In this document: positions 52,062-64,000 of the stretch, in pieces
Position numbering within the stretch: the first letter of the stretch is position 1
Layout of the letters: each line of letters opens with the position of its first letter
Origin: Camelus dromedarius
Lineage: Eukaryota
Assembly: GCF_036321535.1 (NCBI RefSeq)
Contig: NC_087436.1
Coordinates: forward strand, 60,762,001 to 60,826,000
Direction: 5' to 3'
DNA: 64,000 nucleotides
Notes under the pieces: model-generated
What the model saw: only the letters and a program-made list of their open reading frames with translations
Database searches by the model: none
Told to the model about the DNA's origin: nothing
Program-made: the position numbers and the translations under genes

Positions 52062-52078
52062 ACTGCCATCTACTGACA
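52062..52078 (-). promoter_or_regulatory. Candidate CTCF motif
   Basis: The minus strand reads TGTCAGTAGATGGCAGT, a good match to the CTCF core. Confidence 0.4.
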
Positions 52079-53142
52079 GAGCAGGCTGCACCTAAATGAG
52101 ATGATTTAAGAATGACCATGTAATTTGTTGTCCAGATCAGGACATATTTGAGAGTTAACAAAATATTTTTTCACATTGTTCTCAAAACTATATAAATTTT
52201 TCTAAAAATAAAACTGGCATATCTATACACTAAGACAAACAAATTTTAAACCTCATATTCATGATGTGAATATTAAAAGACAGCATAAGCAGAATAAATA
52301 TTCTTGGTACATATTCACATTCATTAATAGATTTCTTAGTGGTATCTGTCTCTAACATGATAGCCCTGAATTTCTCTGAAAAGTATATTTTAATCCTATT
52401 TTATTCTTTTTATATTTTAAAATTATAAATACCTTGCTGAATTTTTTTAAAGAATATTTTATGTTCAATAAATTTGAAATTGTTGATAAAGTCAATTGAG
52501 TCTTCTCTAGCTAAGAAAATTCTTTCTCTGCAGGTGCTGAGGCACTTGAGAATTTTCAGAGTAAATTTTGCAAAATAAAAGACATTGTTGTAAGGTCTTA
52601 TACTGCTCCCAGTAAATTTCTCCTCAAGATAATAATACATGAAAAAGGGGCCAAAAGTGACAAAGTTTTATATCTCGTGTGGAATACTGTCTGATAAATC
52701 AAACTTGCAATTTGTGAAGTAGATAACAATGATACATTTTAGATGGAATGTCTCACAAACTAACGGCATTATCTATTTAAGGCAGTGAGGGATCAGAAAC
52801 CATTCAGATCAGATCTTTATTTTTTAACAATAATAGTGTTTTCAGTCAGAGAAGTGACCTAAAAGGCAGAAGCAATGCCCCAGGTAATAAAGGCTAGAGA
52901 ACTGAGCTTGCTGATGAAGCCTAGAACCATAGTTCTATGGTCAAAAGTCCCATTCTTGAAGTGACACCTAAGTTGTCCCTGTTATTGCTTTAATTTAAAA
53001 ATGTCTGAGGACATTCTACTCTATAAATGATCATGTGTCCTATGACAACATTGTACTACCATAGTATGCAATTTGTTCAAAATAGGCTGAAATTTTAATT
53101 AAAATGTTTTATAACCAAAGCTTTAAAAAAAATTCAACTTTT

Positions 53143-53391
53143 GTGGAGGGTTGGAACTTTCCCACCCCACCAACATCTGGGGAGCAGAGAGGGGCTGGAG
53201 GCTAAATCAGTCTTGCCAATGGCCGGTGATTTAATCAATCATAGCTATGCAATGAAGCCTCTGTAAAAACCCAAAAAGTATGAGGTTCAGAGAGTTTCTG
53301 GTTCAGTGGATACATGGAGACTTGGGAGAGTGGTGCACTCAGAGAACTTGAAAGCTACACGCCCCTTACCACCTAGCTTGCCCTGTGCATC
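53143..53391 (+). mobile_element. MER21-like LTR internal fragment
   Basis: gagggttggaacttt...gaggggctggag...ccaatggccggtgatttaatcaatcat...gccctgtgcatct. Confidence 0.8.
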
Positions 53392-53609
53392 TACAGGAGG
53401 ACTTATATACATAAAGCAAATACTGACAGACATAAGGGAGAAATTGACAACAATGCAATAGAAGGGACTTTAACACTCCACTTACATGAATGGATGGATC
53501 ATCCAGACACAAAATCAATAAGGCAATAGTGGTCTTAAATGATACAATAGACCAGTTGGACTTGATAGATATTTACACGGCATTCCATCCAAAAACAGCA
53601 GAATACATT
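53392..53609 (+). mobile_element. Isolated LINE-1 ORF2 endonuclease fragment
   Basis: Encodes degenerate YIKQILTD...GDFNTPLT.MDGSSRHKINK...LDLIDIYTAFHPKTAEY, which are canonical L1 EN motifs. Confidence 0.9.
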
Positions 53610-54149
53610 GTTTTTACATTCTAATTTAGAGCTGTGTAAAGCAGAGATATATTTTCACCCTCCTTTTTAAATTAAAATCTTAATTATTTCAAACTTTTTT
53701 TAAAATGCCAGATGTGAATCTTCGTGCTATTAGTCTTCTCTTTACTTATTAAGTGATTTAGCTTCAGTGGGTACCATTTACCATTTAACTACTGCAGATA
53801 CCAGCTGAAGATGAATTGCTCTCAAACTCAGTGCAGCAATTTTGGAAGACATTTTCCAAAGTGTACTTGACTTTATTTCTTTACACTTGTATGCATTTTG
53901 CTACAAGTTCATCCTAGAAGGTCCATCAGGAAGTTATGTTGCTTAAAATCAAATATTCCAGAGAGAGATTATTGAGACTTTCCACCATCAAACGAGTCGT
54001 TATTAATATCTTCCTTAGGGGCCATTCTTCAAGGTACAAGAAGAGATTTTTGTTTCCTATTGTGGATAAAACAAATTGAGATATTGATTTGGTGCCCTTA
54101 TTTGCACTGACACCAGGAAACTCAGATCTGAAAATGAGGCCCATCCTTA

Positions 54150-54980
54150 ATAATTTTAAAAATGAAAGATAACAAGTGTTGGCAAGGTTGTGGAGGAAAG
54201 GAACACTGTGCACTTTTATAAGGAAGGTAAATTGGTACAGTCATTATTGAATACAGTATAGAGGTTCCTCAAAATATTAAAAGTAGAACTACCATATGAT
54301 CCAGAAACCCCACTTCTGAATATATATCCCAAGGAATTGAAATTGGGATATCCAAGAGATGCCTGCACTCTCATGTTCATTGAAGCATTATTGACAATAG
54401 CCAAGATATATAAACAATCTAAATGTCCATCAAGGGATGAATGAATCAAGAAAATGTAGTATATATATATACAGCAGAATATTATTCAGCCATAAAAAAG
54501 AAGGAAATCCTGTCATTTGTGATAACATGGATAGACTTAGACAGCATGCTAAGTGCAACAAGCCAGGTATAAAAAGACAAATACTACATGATCTTACTCA
54601 AATGTGGAATCTAAAATTGTCAAACACATAGAAACAGGGTAGAGTGATAGTTGCCAGGATCTGGGAGGAGGAGAAATGGGAAGGTGTTGGACAAAGAATA
54701 CAGTTTCAGTTATACAAGATAAATAAGTTCTAGAGATCTACCTTACAGCATGGCACCTAGAGCTACCAATACTACATTGAACACATAAAATTTTTTTAAA
54801 GTGTAGATCGTATACACTGTTCTTACCACAAAAAATAACAAAAATAAAAATTATAATAAAGTAATAATAATAATAATGAGGGTAGGAGGAAGCTTTACAA
54901 GGTGATGGATATATCTATGACCTTGATGGTGGAGATGGTTTCATGGTTGTATACTTAACCTCAAACTCATTGAGTTGTGT
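54150..54980 (+). mobile_element. 5'-truncated LINE-1 (L1MA-type) 3' region
   Basis: gataacaagtgttggcaagg...gaactaccatatgatccag...aataagttctagagatcta...ggtgatggatatatctatgaccttgat. Confidence 0.9.
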
Positions 54981-55045
54981 ACAGTGGTCCCCCCTTATCT
55001 GCAGGGGATACTTTCCAAGCCTCCCAGTGGATGCCTGAGACCTCA
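54981..55045 (+). mobile_element. MER44/Tigger-like terminal fragment
   Basis: A TA dinucleotide followed by cagtggtccccccttatctgcaggggatactttccaag...cagtggatgcctgagacc. Confidence 0.65.
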
Positions 55046-55674
55046 AGGCTATTGAATGTATCAACCAAGGTACTGCTGACAGAAGTAAATGTCTGTTTAC
55101 TAAAGTTTGGAGAACATAAACATCTGGTTTTTGCCTCCCACCTGAGAAATTCCAAAGGGAAAGTCTGAACTTGGGTCTGCAGGGTAAAGAAAGAAGTCTA
55201 TATTTTCCACCACTACTAGGTCACAGAGGCATGGTTCCTATGCCCAGATGCAAATTTTGAGCCCACAAGGCTCATTTAAGAGGAACACCCTCTACAAGAG
55301 CATTTGCTGCCAGGAACAAGGAGCCTTGAGCAGGAAGAGAGACCAAAGATACTGTCCAGTGAAGAAGTAGCTGGAAGACAGGGGCCATGTAGAGGATAAC
55401 TTTAGGGGAAACATTCCTTACAGCATAAGAGCTGAATTTTTGTGTCTTTTCCAAAGGGGAAAAGTCAAAGAAACTCACAAAAATATTTCAGGAGAAGAAG
55501 AATGAACACTGGGAATCTGCTGTACTTAGAGGGCATAAAGACTTAGTTATATCTGCCTCTGCCAACTAAGTGTGTTGTCATGCCTCCTTTGCTTTCCTCC
55601 AGAACCAAAGTGATATTGAGAAGGACTGGAACAAGGTGGGCAAGTGGAGAATTGGCCACACTCTCTTCCCCTCT

Positions 55675-56030
55675 TGTGATTTTATGTGTCAGTTTGTCTG
55701 GACTAAGGGATGCCCAGGTAGCGGATACACGTTATTTCCAAGTGTGTCTGTGAGGTTGTTTCCAGAAGAGATTAGCATTTGGATCAGACTGAGTAAGGCT
55801 CACCCTTACCAATGCAGGGGGGCTTCCTCCATCTGTTGAGGGCCTGAATAATAGAGCAAAAAGCCAGAAGAGGGGTGAATTTGTTCCCTTTGCTTGGTCC
55901 AGGACATCCATTTTCTCTTGCCCTTGGACATCAATGCTCCTGGTTCTTAGGTCTTCTGATTCAGACTAAATTACACCATTGGCTTTCCCAGCTAGCAGAC
56001 CACAGATCCTGGGTGGTTGGACTAGGATTC
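55675..56030 (+). mobile_element. ERVL LTR (MLT2-like), partial
   Basis: ttttatgtgtcagtttg...gtgtgtctgtgaggttgtttccagaagagattagcatttggatcag...gagggcctgaata...aattacaccattggcttt. Confidence 0.85.
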
Positions 56031-57479
56031 TTCATCTGCAGGAGCAGAGGGAAGGGGAACTTGTGGTTAGGCCATTCAAGTTTCTCCCCACTTTACAGAT
56101 GTCAAGATAACATTAATATTGTGTCTTAATTCCAGCCTTACACCTCAATGGAAAAAAGCCAGAGAGAAGACATTGTATATACTTAGGGTCTAACTAGTAT
56201 TTTAGAATGTCTGGAATGTGGAGCACAGAAAGAGAAAGGTCTGAAGGAGACTGGAGAAATACACAGGGACCAGAATCTAGAGCCTCAAATGCCTGTTAGA
56301 GTTTTCCCAAAGGGATAGCATTGAAGAGTCCTACACAGAGTGGTATCGTGAGATTTGTTTTCATTTAGAAGTCTTCTACCTGTACTAAAGTGAATGTCTG
56401 AGAGTAGGGCATGGCCAGAGGTAGGTAGACAAATTAGAAGGCTGATGGATTGTCTAAGAGAGTGAAATGTACCAAAAGTAATTTTGGAAATAGAAAAATA
56501 TGGATGTATCTCAGAAACTTAAGCAGAAGGAAAAACGAAGTTTTCTGTATTTGGCAACTAGATAAATGATATATCTTTCACTAGAGTAAAGAAAACCAGA
56601 TAAGCACAATTTAGAAATGGAAATGTACTTTTCACAAAATTATGATAAATTCATCATACAGTGGGGAGGTGTGAGTCATTTACATGTATTTAAATGGTAG
56701 ATTTTCCCACTTCCTGTGTTTATTGATTATTAAAATACTGCATAGTGGAATCAATATCTAGGTAACAGGAATCAATCAAAAAACACTTTCAACCTACACA
56801 CTCAATATTAAAGATAGTACTCTCAAAGAATTTTTACTAGTTGAGTATATTCAGACAAAACTCATTAAAAGACTATCAGCACATTGTGGTATTTGCTAAC
56901 CACCAAATGATCAGACCAGAAAATGAGTTTTATAAAAGTATTCAAAAATGGTAATACCAGGGAAAACTTCTTGCTTCTAGAAACTTATGCTAGGAAAATA
57001 GTAAAGAAATTATGAATAAAAAATGTGAGGTAAAAGAAGTGATAAATAGTGAAGTTCATGTTTTCTCTAAGGTTTTTGCTTATAGAGGCAACATGCAATC
57101 TTCTTTTCAATCACAGTCAGGTCAAATGAGTACCCTCTGAAGATTAAACAAAAAGACCCTATTAAGCAATTGAGGTGTTTTCCTATCAGTTCCTCCTCTT
57201 CCTCTTTACTTCATCCTCTAGGGCTGAAATCTATGCGAAAATACAGAGAAAGAATGAAGACAAGCTGACCATCATATCTGTTTTTCTTTAATACTGATAC
57301 TTTCTGGTTAACAACCTCACCTCTAGTCTGCTTCTCCCACCTTCAAAAATAACCTTGTTATATTCCTTTATAATTATCTTTGACAGACTCCCTGAACTTA
57401 GGAAGTTTCCCTAAATGTTTTTACTTTCAGACGGAGCCTTAAAAACACAAATGATTTTTTAAAAGTAATCTTTTTAATT

Positions 57480-57900
57480 AGAAGTTCTGCTTCTAGGAAT
57501 TTATGGTAGGAACATGGTGAAGAAATCATGAATATGTATGCAGAGAATGGTGGTCTTTGAGTTTTAACAGTGAAAACTTAGCCATCACCTATATTAACAT
57601 CAAAAATGGTTTGATTATATAATAATGGCATAACTTTACAATGGAATATTATTCCATCATTAAAAATGATAAAGTAGAACTGCAAGTATTATAAAAAAAG
57701 ACACAGACAATATATTATTACATTGAAAAGCAGCTAAAGGGAGAGTATTAAGGGGTGGTAACGTCTTTCTATCTGTATGTGTGAGGAATTTGGAAAGGAA
57801 TTACCCCACAGGTCAACGGTAGTTATCCTGAAGGATGTGGGATTGCAGAGTTAGTTTCACTTCTCTCTACCATCTGAAATTTAGAATGACAATATGTTAC
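57480..57900 (+). mobile_element. Ancient L1 (L1ME-type) 3' fragment
   Basis: cttctaggaatttat...acaatggaatattattccatcattaaaaatgat. Confidence 0.55.
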
Positions 57901-58404
57901 CTGAAAAATATATATGTAATGAAAGGATTTCCATTGTCTTCTGAAGAGCTTTCTGGACAACCCTTCTTTAGACAAAGAAAAATCAGACAGGCCAAATGAC
58001 ATAGAAGCTTTCTTCTACGTTTGCATCCTGTCTCCTACTACGGAAGATCTCCCAATCCCCAGCAACTAGAATGAAAACTGATACACTTGCCACTTTGATG
58101 GGGTTTGATTTTGGCCAACTCGTGATCTCTTAATGTTATTTTTCTAGCTTCAGATAATGATAAATTATACAAAGGTATCTGGCCATTTGACAAAACCCCC
58201 CAACACATGGCTTCACTATTTTTATTGAGGTAAAACATTCTCTTCATAACCAAAGTTCAACGTTACAGAACCATCTTTAATTTCTTCTTTGTCCCCTATG
58301 TCATATCTCTAACAAAGCCACTCCTTTTCTCCCCTTCCCTTCTCTTCTTTACAACAGGGGTCAGTAAACTTTTTCTGTAAAAGACCAGGTCATTAATATC
58401 TTAG

Positions 58405-59930
58405 CACAACAACATACTTAGATCTTAAATGCACTTTGCCAAGTGAAAGAAGTCAGACATAAAAAGGCTCATTTTGCACTATCCCATTTATATATAGCAT
58501 TCTGGAAAAAAAAGGAAAACTATAGAGATAGAAAGCAGATTAGTGGTTGCCAGTGATAAAGGCATGAAGAGAGGGGTTGAATATAAATGAGCAACATGAT
58601 GGAATCAGGGGGCTAAGAAAACTATTCCATAGGGAATTGTGATGGTAAACACATGAGTTCTTGCATTTGTCAAAACTCAAAGAGTTGCGCATCACAAAGA
58701 GTGAATTTACTGCATATTAACTTCGAAGAAATCAAATCAAACAGGATGTGGGGAGGGATGCCGACTGTGACAAATCCAGCTGTATTACAAAGAAATTGCA
58801 TAACCACAAAAGGCTGCTGACCCAAGTAACTCTGGCAAACAGCTATTTGACTGGATACTTCAAAGCTAAACTCAAAAAGAAGTGTACACCAACACTGGGC
58901 TCTAATTTAGGGCTTAGCAAACTTTTTCAGAAAAGGACTCATCAGTCAATATGTTAGGCTTTGCAGACAACAGTCCCTGTCACAACTACTCAACCCTGTA
59001 GTTGGAGCACAGAAGCAGCCACAGAAATACATAAACAAATGAGCATGGCTATATCCCAATGCAACTTTATTAAACAGGTGCTGGGTTAGATTTGGCCTGT
59101 GAGCTGTACTTGGCCAATCCCTGCTAGAGTTGATAAATTTATTCCTCACAGAGGTATGGACTGGCAATTCTGAAACTATTTTTGCACTAGGGTTGAACTA
59201 ATAAATAAATACATTGTGGAAATTGAGAATTGGGTTTCTCACTGTCAAAGAAAGAAGTTACAAATAAGGAAAGGATGGATGCTGGCATGAACCATGTGGT
59301 ACTGGACTGGAGATGGGAGTATTCAAATGAATTCATGATTTTTTTTTAATACCTACAAATAAATAGACAGAAATATGTTTATAGGCATGAGTTAGGGTAC
59401 ATACATATATTCCCCAGTTGTATCCACTAAGAGGTACTAGAAGAAGTATTAACCCTGCAGCAGTGAACTTGGTTTCTAAGTATCATTGTCTAATAAAAGG
59501 AACCAGGGCTCCTGGTACAACCAGTTTATCCTATGGCTGGGGCAGGGAAAACATTAGATAATTCTAGAACAGCTTGTGATGCCAGAAAGTAAGGAAGTGA
59601 TTAAAAATAAGTAATAGGAGATCAAGACGTATTGAAAGGGCACAGGAGACCTGAATAAGTAAAACTCCCAATAGCCAAAATCAGAACATTTTCAAGAACA
59701 AAGTAAGTTAACAGTAGTATTGGACTGTAACCCAAAGAATGATATAAATATCCACAGGGATATAAACAAACTCTCCAAAAAGTGAATAGATAAACAGACA
59801 AATTATTAAATGGGGGCAGGGGGTAGGTGCGGAGGGACTAGTCTTCCTTACAAAAATTTCCAATTAAAAACATAGAAAGAATGAGGAAAATCACCATCCA
59901 AGCACCACAGCCATAACTGCCTCAGACAGG
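58405..59930 (+). mobile_element. Old LINE-1 3'UTR (L1MC-type), interrupted by MER58
   Basis: aagtgaaagaagtcagac...gcagattagtggttgcc...tgcatttgtcaaaactc...ggtttctcactgtc...aaaaggaaccagggctcc. Confidence 0.8.
58907..59125 (+). mobile_element. MER58A-like hAT MITE
   Basis: tagggcttagcaaactttttc...aatatgttaggctttgcag...ctgtcacaactactcaac...tttggcctgtgagctgtacttggccaatccctg. A second 5' fragment lies at ~58355-58403. Confidence 0.8.
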
Positions 59931-62803
59931 ACCGGTTAAACGCCTCCCACACTGGTTCATAGTGCCTATGCTGTGGAATTACACTTAAGATGCTGCCTTA
60001 CAGGTAAGATAATGTTGCTAAGTCAATCCATTTATTTTGGGCTTGAGGTAAAAGATCATACGATAATTGTCTTTAGGGTCCAGTTCTGAAGAAATTAGAC
60101 AGACGTAAGAATATCAAAGATAATGGCCTGCTTCCCCTGGTACAACTTGGCAGAAGCCCCAGGTCTCTGTGAGAAACCCGGTGTTTGACTTGACATCCAA
60201 CTCAGCCCAGAATCAATAACAACACTTACGCAGGGATGTTCTCAGCAAGGTAGGCCTAATAAATACCAGCTCTCCGTGTGCCCCATATATGGTTTCAGAA
60301 GTGTCCACATAACCCAAGATACAGAGTATGAGAGGACCAATAATCTGGTGAAGGTGTGGGGGTCATGGCTGAAATATTCCAGGATTTCAACACTACAGGC
60401 AAATGACTGAGACCATTGACCTCAGAGCAGGTCCAGCACGTTGTCTCAAAACACCACACAGACGTGATCATATCCCAGTGGATACCAGTCAGGAGCTAGA
60501 TAAGATTCCACACTGCACAGAAAATCAGCAAGTGTTCGTAGAAATCAATATGCCTTCAAAACCCTCTTCTCCCCTGTTCCCACAAGGTAATTTAAGCCTC
60601 CTAAAAACCTAAAATATCTGGAATTAGAACAGGAGGGAGAAGAAAGAAATTTAAAAGGCTAAAAAGTTACACCAAAAAGACTGAAACAAGCCAAAGAGGT
60701 TATTTATGCTGGGAGAAATTGAGAGACCATTACTTTATATTCTAAAGTGGGATGCAGAAAATAAAAAAGTTGTGCTTTATTTGCACACGTGAGAAGCAAT
60801 TACTAGATTATTGAATTTACAGTATGTGTTTAATGTATCATTAGACTGAAAGTTCAGTGGAAAATGGAACTGCACCTTTTTGTTCTTATCATTGAAAGCC
60901 TAGGATGGTAATAGATATTTGATAAATACTTATCATATGAATGAATGGAAGAATGAATAATAAGTTACTTTCCTAGAGCTCAAGACCTGGAAAGGCAGGC
61001 AGACATGTAAACAGATACTTAAAATAAATACAATAAAAGATATGATAATTCTCAACCATCTCTGCCTATGAGGGGCAAAAAAACTTCGGAGAGGAACGGT
61101 GTAGATCTTGAAAGATTAATAGGGTTTGACAAGGATCTTCTGAACTAGAGAGAAACTTGGAAACTTTCTTGAGGTTAAAACTATTGATTTTATACTTCTT
61201 AATATTTTTTCTGAGCCCCAGCACAGTAAAAGGCATTCAGTAAATGCATTGGTTTAAGTTTCAGTTTGCAATTCATTTGTCAAAAGAAATTGACATTGCC
61301 TAGAACATATTTCCAACTGATGATGTCAGATGGAGTGCTTTTTCTAAGCTAAATTGATCACTACAGTGATCTTGTATAATGAGGTTTATTTATGAAATTA
61401 CCTACCATGGGATCAAATCAAATAATGATCATGGATAATCATATAATTGGATTTTTTTTTTTTTTGCTTTTTAGGTTTAAACATATACAAATTTAATAAT
61501 GATGGACTCTACCAATACTTTAGATTGGATTCTCCAAACAAGTCTTCTGTGTTTTTCATTTGAATTTCTCTACCTACTTTATTAAAATCTCATTGTATTT
61601 ATGTAATAAGTACTGAGCTTTAAATGTTATAAAAGGCTAATTTGATGTCTTTTATCACCATTTAGAATCTTCTTACTCTTGATGAATCAAAAATATTCAT
61701 CTCAAAATGGGAAAAAAGAGAGGCAAAGAGAGGGAGGCAGACAGAAGTTCAATTAGAGGCATATACTGATCACAATTAGATCAGATTTCCTTCAGATTTT
61801 GGATTAAATTATAGAATCATAAAATTCAAATTGTACTTCTGGAGGCAAACTTAGAAACCATCTACTCAATTCCTTTGTTTTACATATAAACTTTATTAAA
61901 CTAGAAATTGGATCAATAACCAGAGAAGTATCCTAAATGTCTTGATTTGAACTATTATTTTTTAATAACAACTTCATTGGGATATAACTAACATACTATA
62001 GAATTAACTGTTTTAAAGTGTACAATTCAATAGGTTTTAGTAGATGAACAGAGCTGTGTAACCATCACCAATGTCTGATTTTAGAGCACTTCCATCACCC
62101 CAAAAAGGAACCCAGCATTCATTAGGAGTCATGTTCCATTCTACCTTCCCCCAGCTGCTAGCAAGCTAATTTGCTTTCTGTCTCTATAGATTTGCCTATT
62201 CTGAATTTCATGTAACTTTAATAATACAATATGTTGCTTCTGTGGTGGGATTATTTCACTTAGCATGATGTTTTCAAGGTTTATCCACGTTGTAGCATAC
62301 ATTCTTTTTTAGCCAGATAATATTCCATTTTAAGGATATGCCACATTTTATCTATCCATTCATCACTTGAGAGATGTTTGGGTTGTTTCCATTGTTTGGC
62401 TATTAGGAATAACACTGCTATGTACATTTGTGTTCAAGTTTTTGTTTGGACATGTATTTTCAACCTGGAGTATATACCTAGGTATGGAATTGCTAGGTCA
62501 TACAGAAAACTCCAGGCTAAAATTTTGAGGAAATGCCAAAGTGTTTTCCAAAATGGCTGAGCCACTTTAAAATCCCACCAGCCATGCATGATGGTTTCAA
62601 TTCCTCTGTGTCTTGGTCAACACTTATTACTGTCTTTCTTAATGTATGGTTATCCTCGTGGATGTAAATTGGTATCTTCCTGTTTTAATTTGCGTTTCCC
62701 TAATGGCTAATGATGTTGAATATATTTTCATGTGTTTATTGGCCATTTGTTTATCTTCTTTGGAGAAATATTTATTCAAATCTTTTCTACATTTTTAAGT
62801 TGA

Positions 62804-63476
62804 TGTTATGGACTGAAGATTTGTGACCTGCCCCCTGCCCCAACGTGATAGCATTAAAAGTTAGGGCTTTGGACAAAATGTCAAAGAGTGGGAAATGGTC
62901 AACTTCCTGGGAATCCTAACCCCTTCCCCAGGTAGCTAGACTGGTCATTCCACTTATTAGCATATAAAGCTACCAAGCTCATAAAAACTGGCAACATGGC
63001 TCTTCACAGCCACCTCTTGCTCCCTCCTCTTCGGAGACTGCCTGCACTCTGTCTATGGAGTGTGTATCTACTTGAACCTGAGCACCCATCCGCCATCCCT
63101 CGTGGACTTTCTCTTGCCTTCTGAAACAGCCTACACTCTATGCAGTATGTATCTCTCTAAATAAATCTGCCTTTACTCAGAAAAAAAAAAAAAAAGGGCT
63201 TTGGGAAGTTAATTAGGCATGAAGGTAGAGCCCTCATAGATGGGATTAGTACCTTTAGAAGAGACTCAGGCTAGCTCTCCTGATCTCTTGCTTCTGTGTG
63301 AGGAGACAAGAAGTCAGCTGTCTGCAGCCTGCAATAGGGCTCTCACCAGAACCCGACTATGCCGGCACTCTGATGTCAGATTAACAGCTTCCAGAACTCT
63401 GAGAAATAAATTCCTGTGGTTTATAGGCCACCCAATTCATGGTACTTTGTTACAGCAGCCAAAACTGACTAAAACG
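62804..63476 (+). mobile_element. MaLR LTR MLT1A-like, nested in L1 and itself interrupted
   Basis: tgttatggactgaa...gggctttgg|gaagttaattagg...gatgggattagt...ctcaccagaacccgac...ccagaactctgagaaataaatt...cagcagccaaaactgactaa. Confidence 0.88.
62873..63194 (+). mobile_element. L1-retrotransposed (processed) copy of an ERV LTR U3-R, same family as 47237-47860
   Basis: Aligns to ~47451-47735. AATAAA at 63160-63165 is followed 15 nt later by an A-run. U5 is absent. The 10-bp TSD agggctttgg lies at 62863-62872 and 63195-63204. Confidence 0.9.
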
Positions 63477-64000
63477 GTAGGATTGCCTTTTTAATTATTG
63501 AAATGTAAAAGTTCTTTATACATTCTGGATACCAGTACCTTAGCAGATACATGATTTGCTAATATTTTCTCTCACTCTGTGGTTTGCTTTTCACTTTCTC
63601 GATTGTTTCCTTTAAAGCACAATTTTTTTTTTAATTTTCACAAAGTCCATTTATTTTTTTCCTTTTTGATCACTTGTGCTTTTGGTGTTATATCTAAGAC
63701 ACCATTGCCTAAGTCAAGGTCACAAAGATCTATTCTTATGTTTACTTCTTAGAGTTCTATAGTTTCAGCACTATGATGCATTTTTAATTAGTTTTTGTAT
63801 GCAGTGTGACGGAGGGGTTCAACATCATTCTTTTGCATGTGGATATCCAGTTGTCTCATTTCTTAAAAAGAATATTCTTTCCACTCATGAATTGTCTTGG
63901 CACACTGGTTGAAAAGCAACTGACCAGAAATGTAAGGGTTTATTTCTGTACTCTCAATTCTATTCCATTAATTTAGGGTTGAGTTTATAATAATTCTGCT

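Larger units (their letters stand above)
61958..63972 (-). mobile_element. LINE-1 (L1MB-type) ORF2 end and 3'UTR, interrupted by MLT1A
   Basis: A continuous antisense L1 from the T-rich tail (ttttaaagtgtacaattc) to gcatgtggatatccagttgtc. Confidence 0.9.

Noticed and set aside
52410..52640. Minus-strand 76-aa ORF with a possible donor (CAAG|gtattt)
   Set aside because: The peptide is not recognised, its composition reflects AT-richness, and I found no partner exons.

Overview
AT-rich, repeat-dense eutherian mammal genomic DNA with no protein-coding gene, RNA gene or CpG island that I can recognise. It looks intergenic or deep-intronic. The L1 types, and the absence of Alu, B1/B2, Bov-tA/BovB, PRE-1 and CAN-SINE, suggest a cetartiodactyl, most likely a camelid (inference). 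All repeat family names come from recall of consensus sequences, not a database search. The window carries ancient MIR, L2, L1M, MaLR and MER repeats. Four structures stand out. (1) Seven class-I (ERV1-like) solo LTRs lie within about 8.3 kb (42.8-51.1 kb), with two families present as interleaved inverted copies. (2) One inverted LTR pair is about 99% identical over its outer 384 bp but only about 85% over its inner ~85 bp, the pattern expected from a gene-conversion tract. (3) An ERV U3-R RNA has been retrocopied by L1, with a poly(A) tail and 10-bp TSD, and sits inside MLT1A inside an L1. (4) A 1.8-kb L1 keeps both ends but has three internal deletions, one of which fuses the ORF2 endonuclease region in frame to the ORF2 C-terminal region. 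The supplied ORFs are either L1/LTR remnants or apparently spurious.
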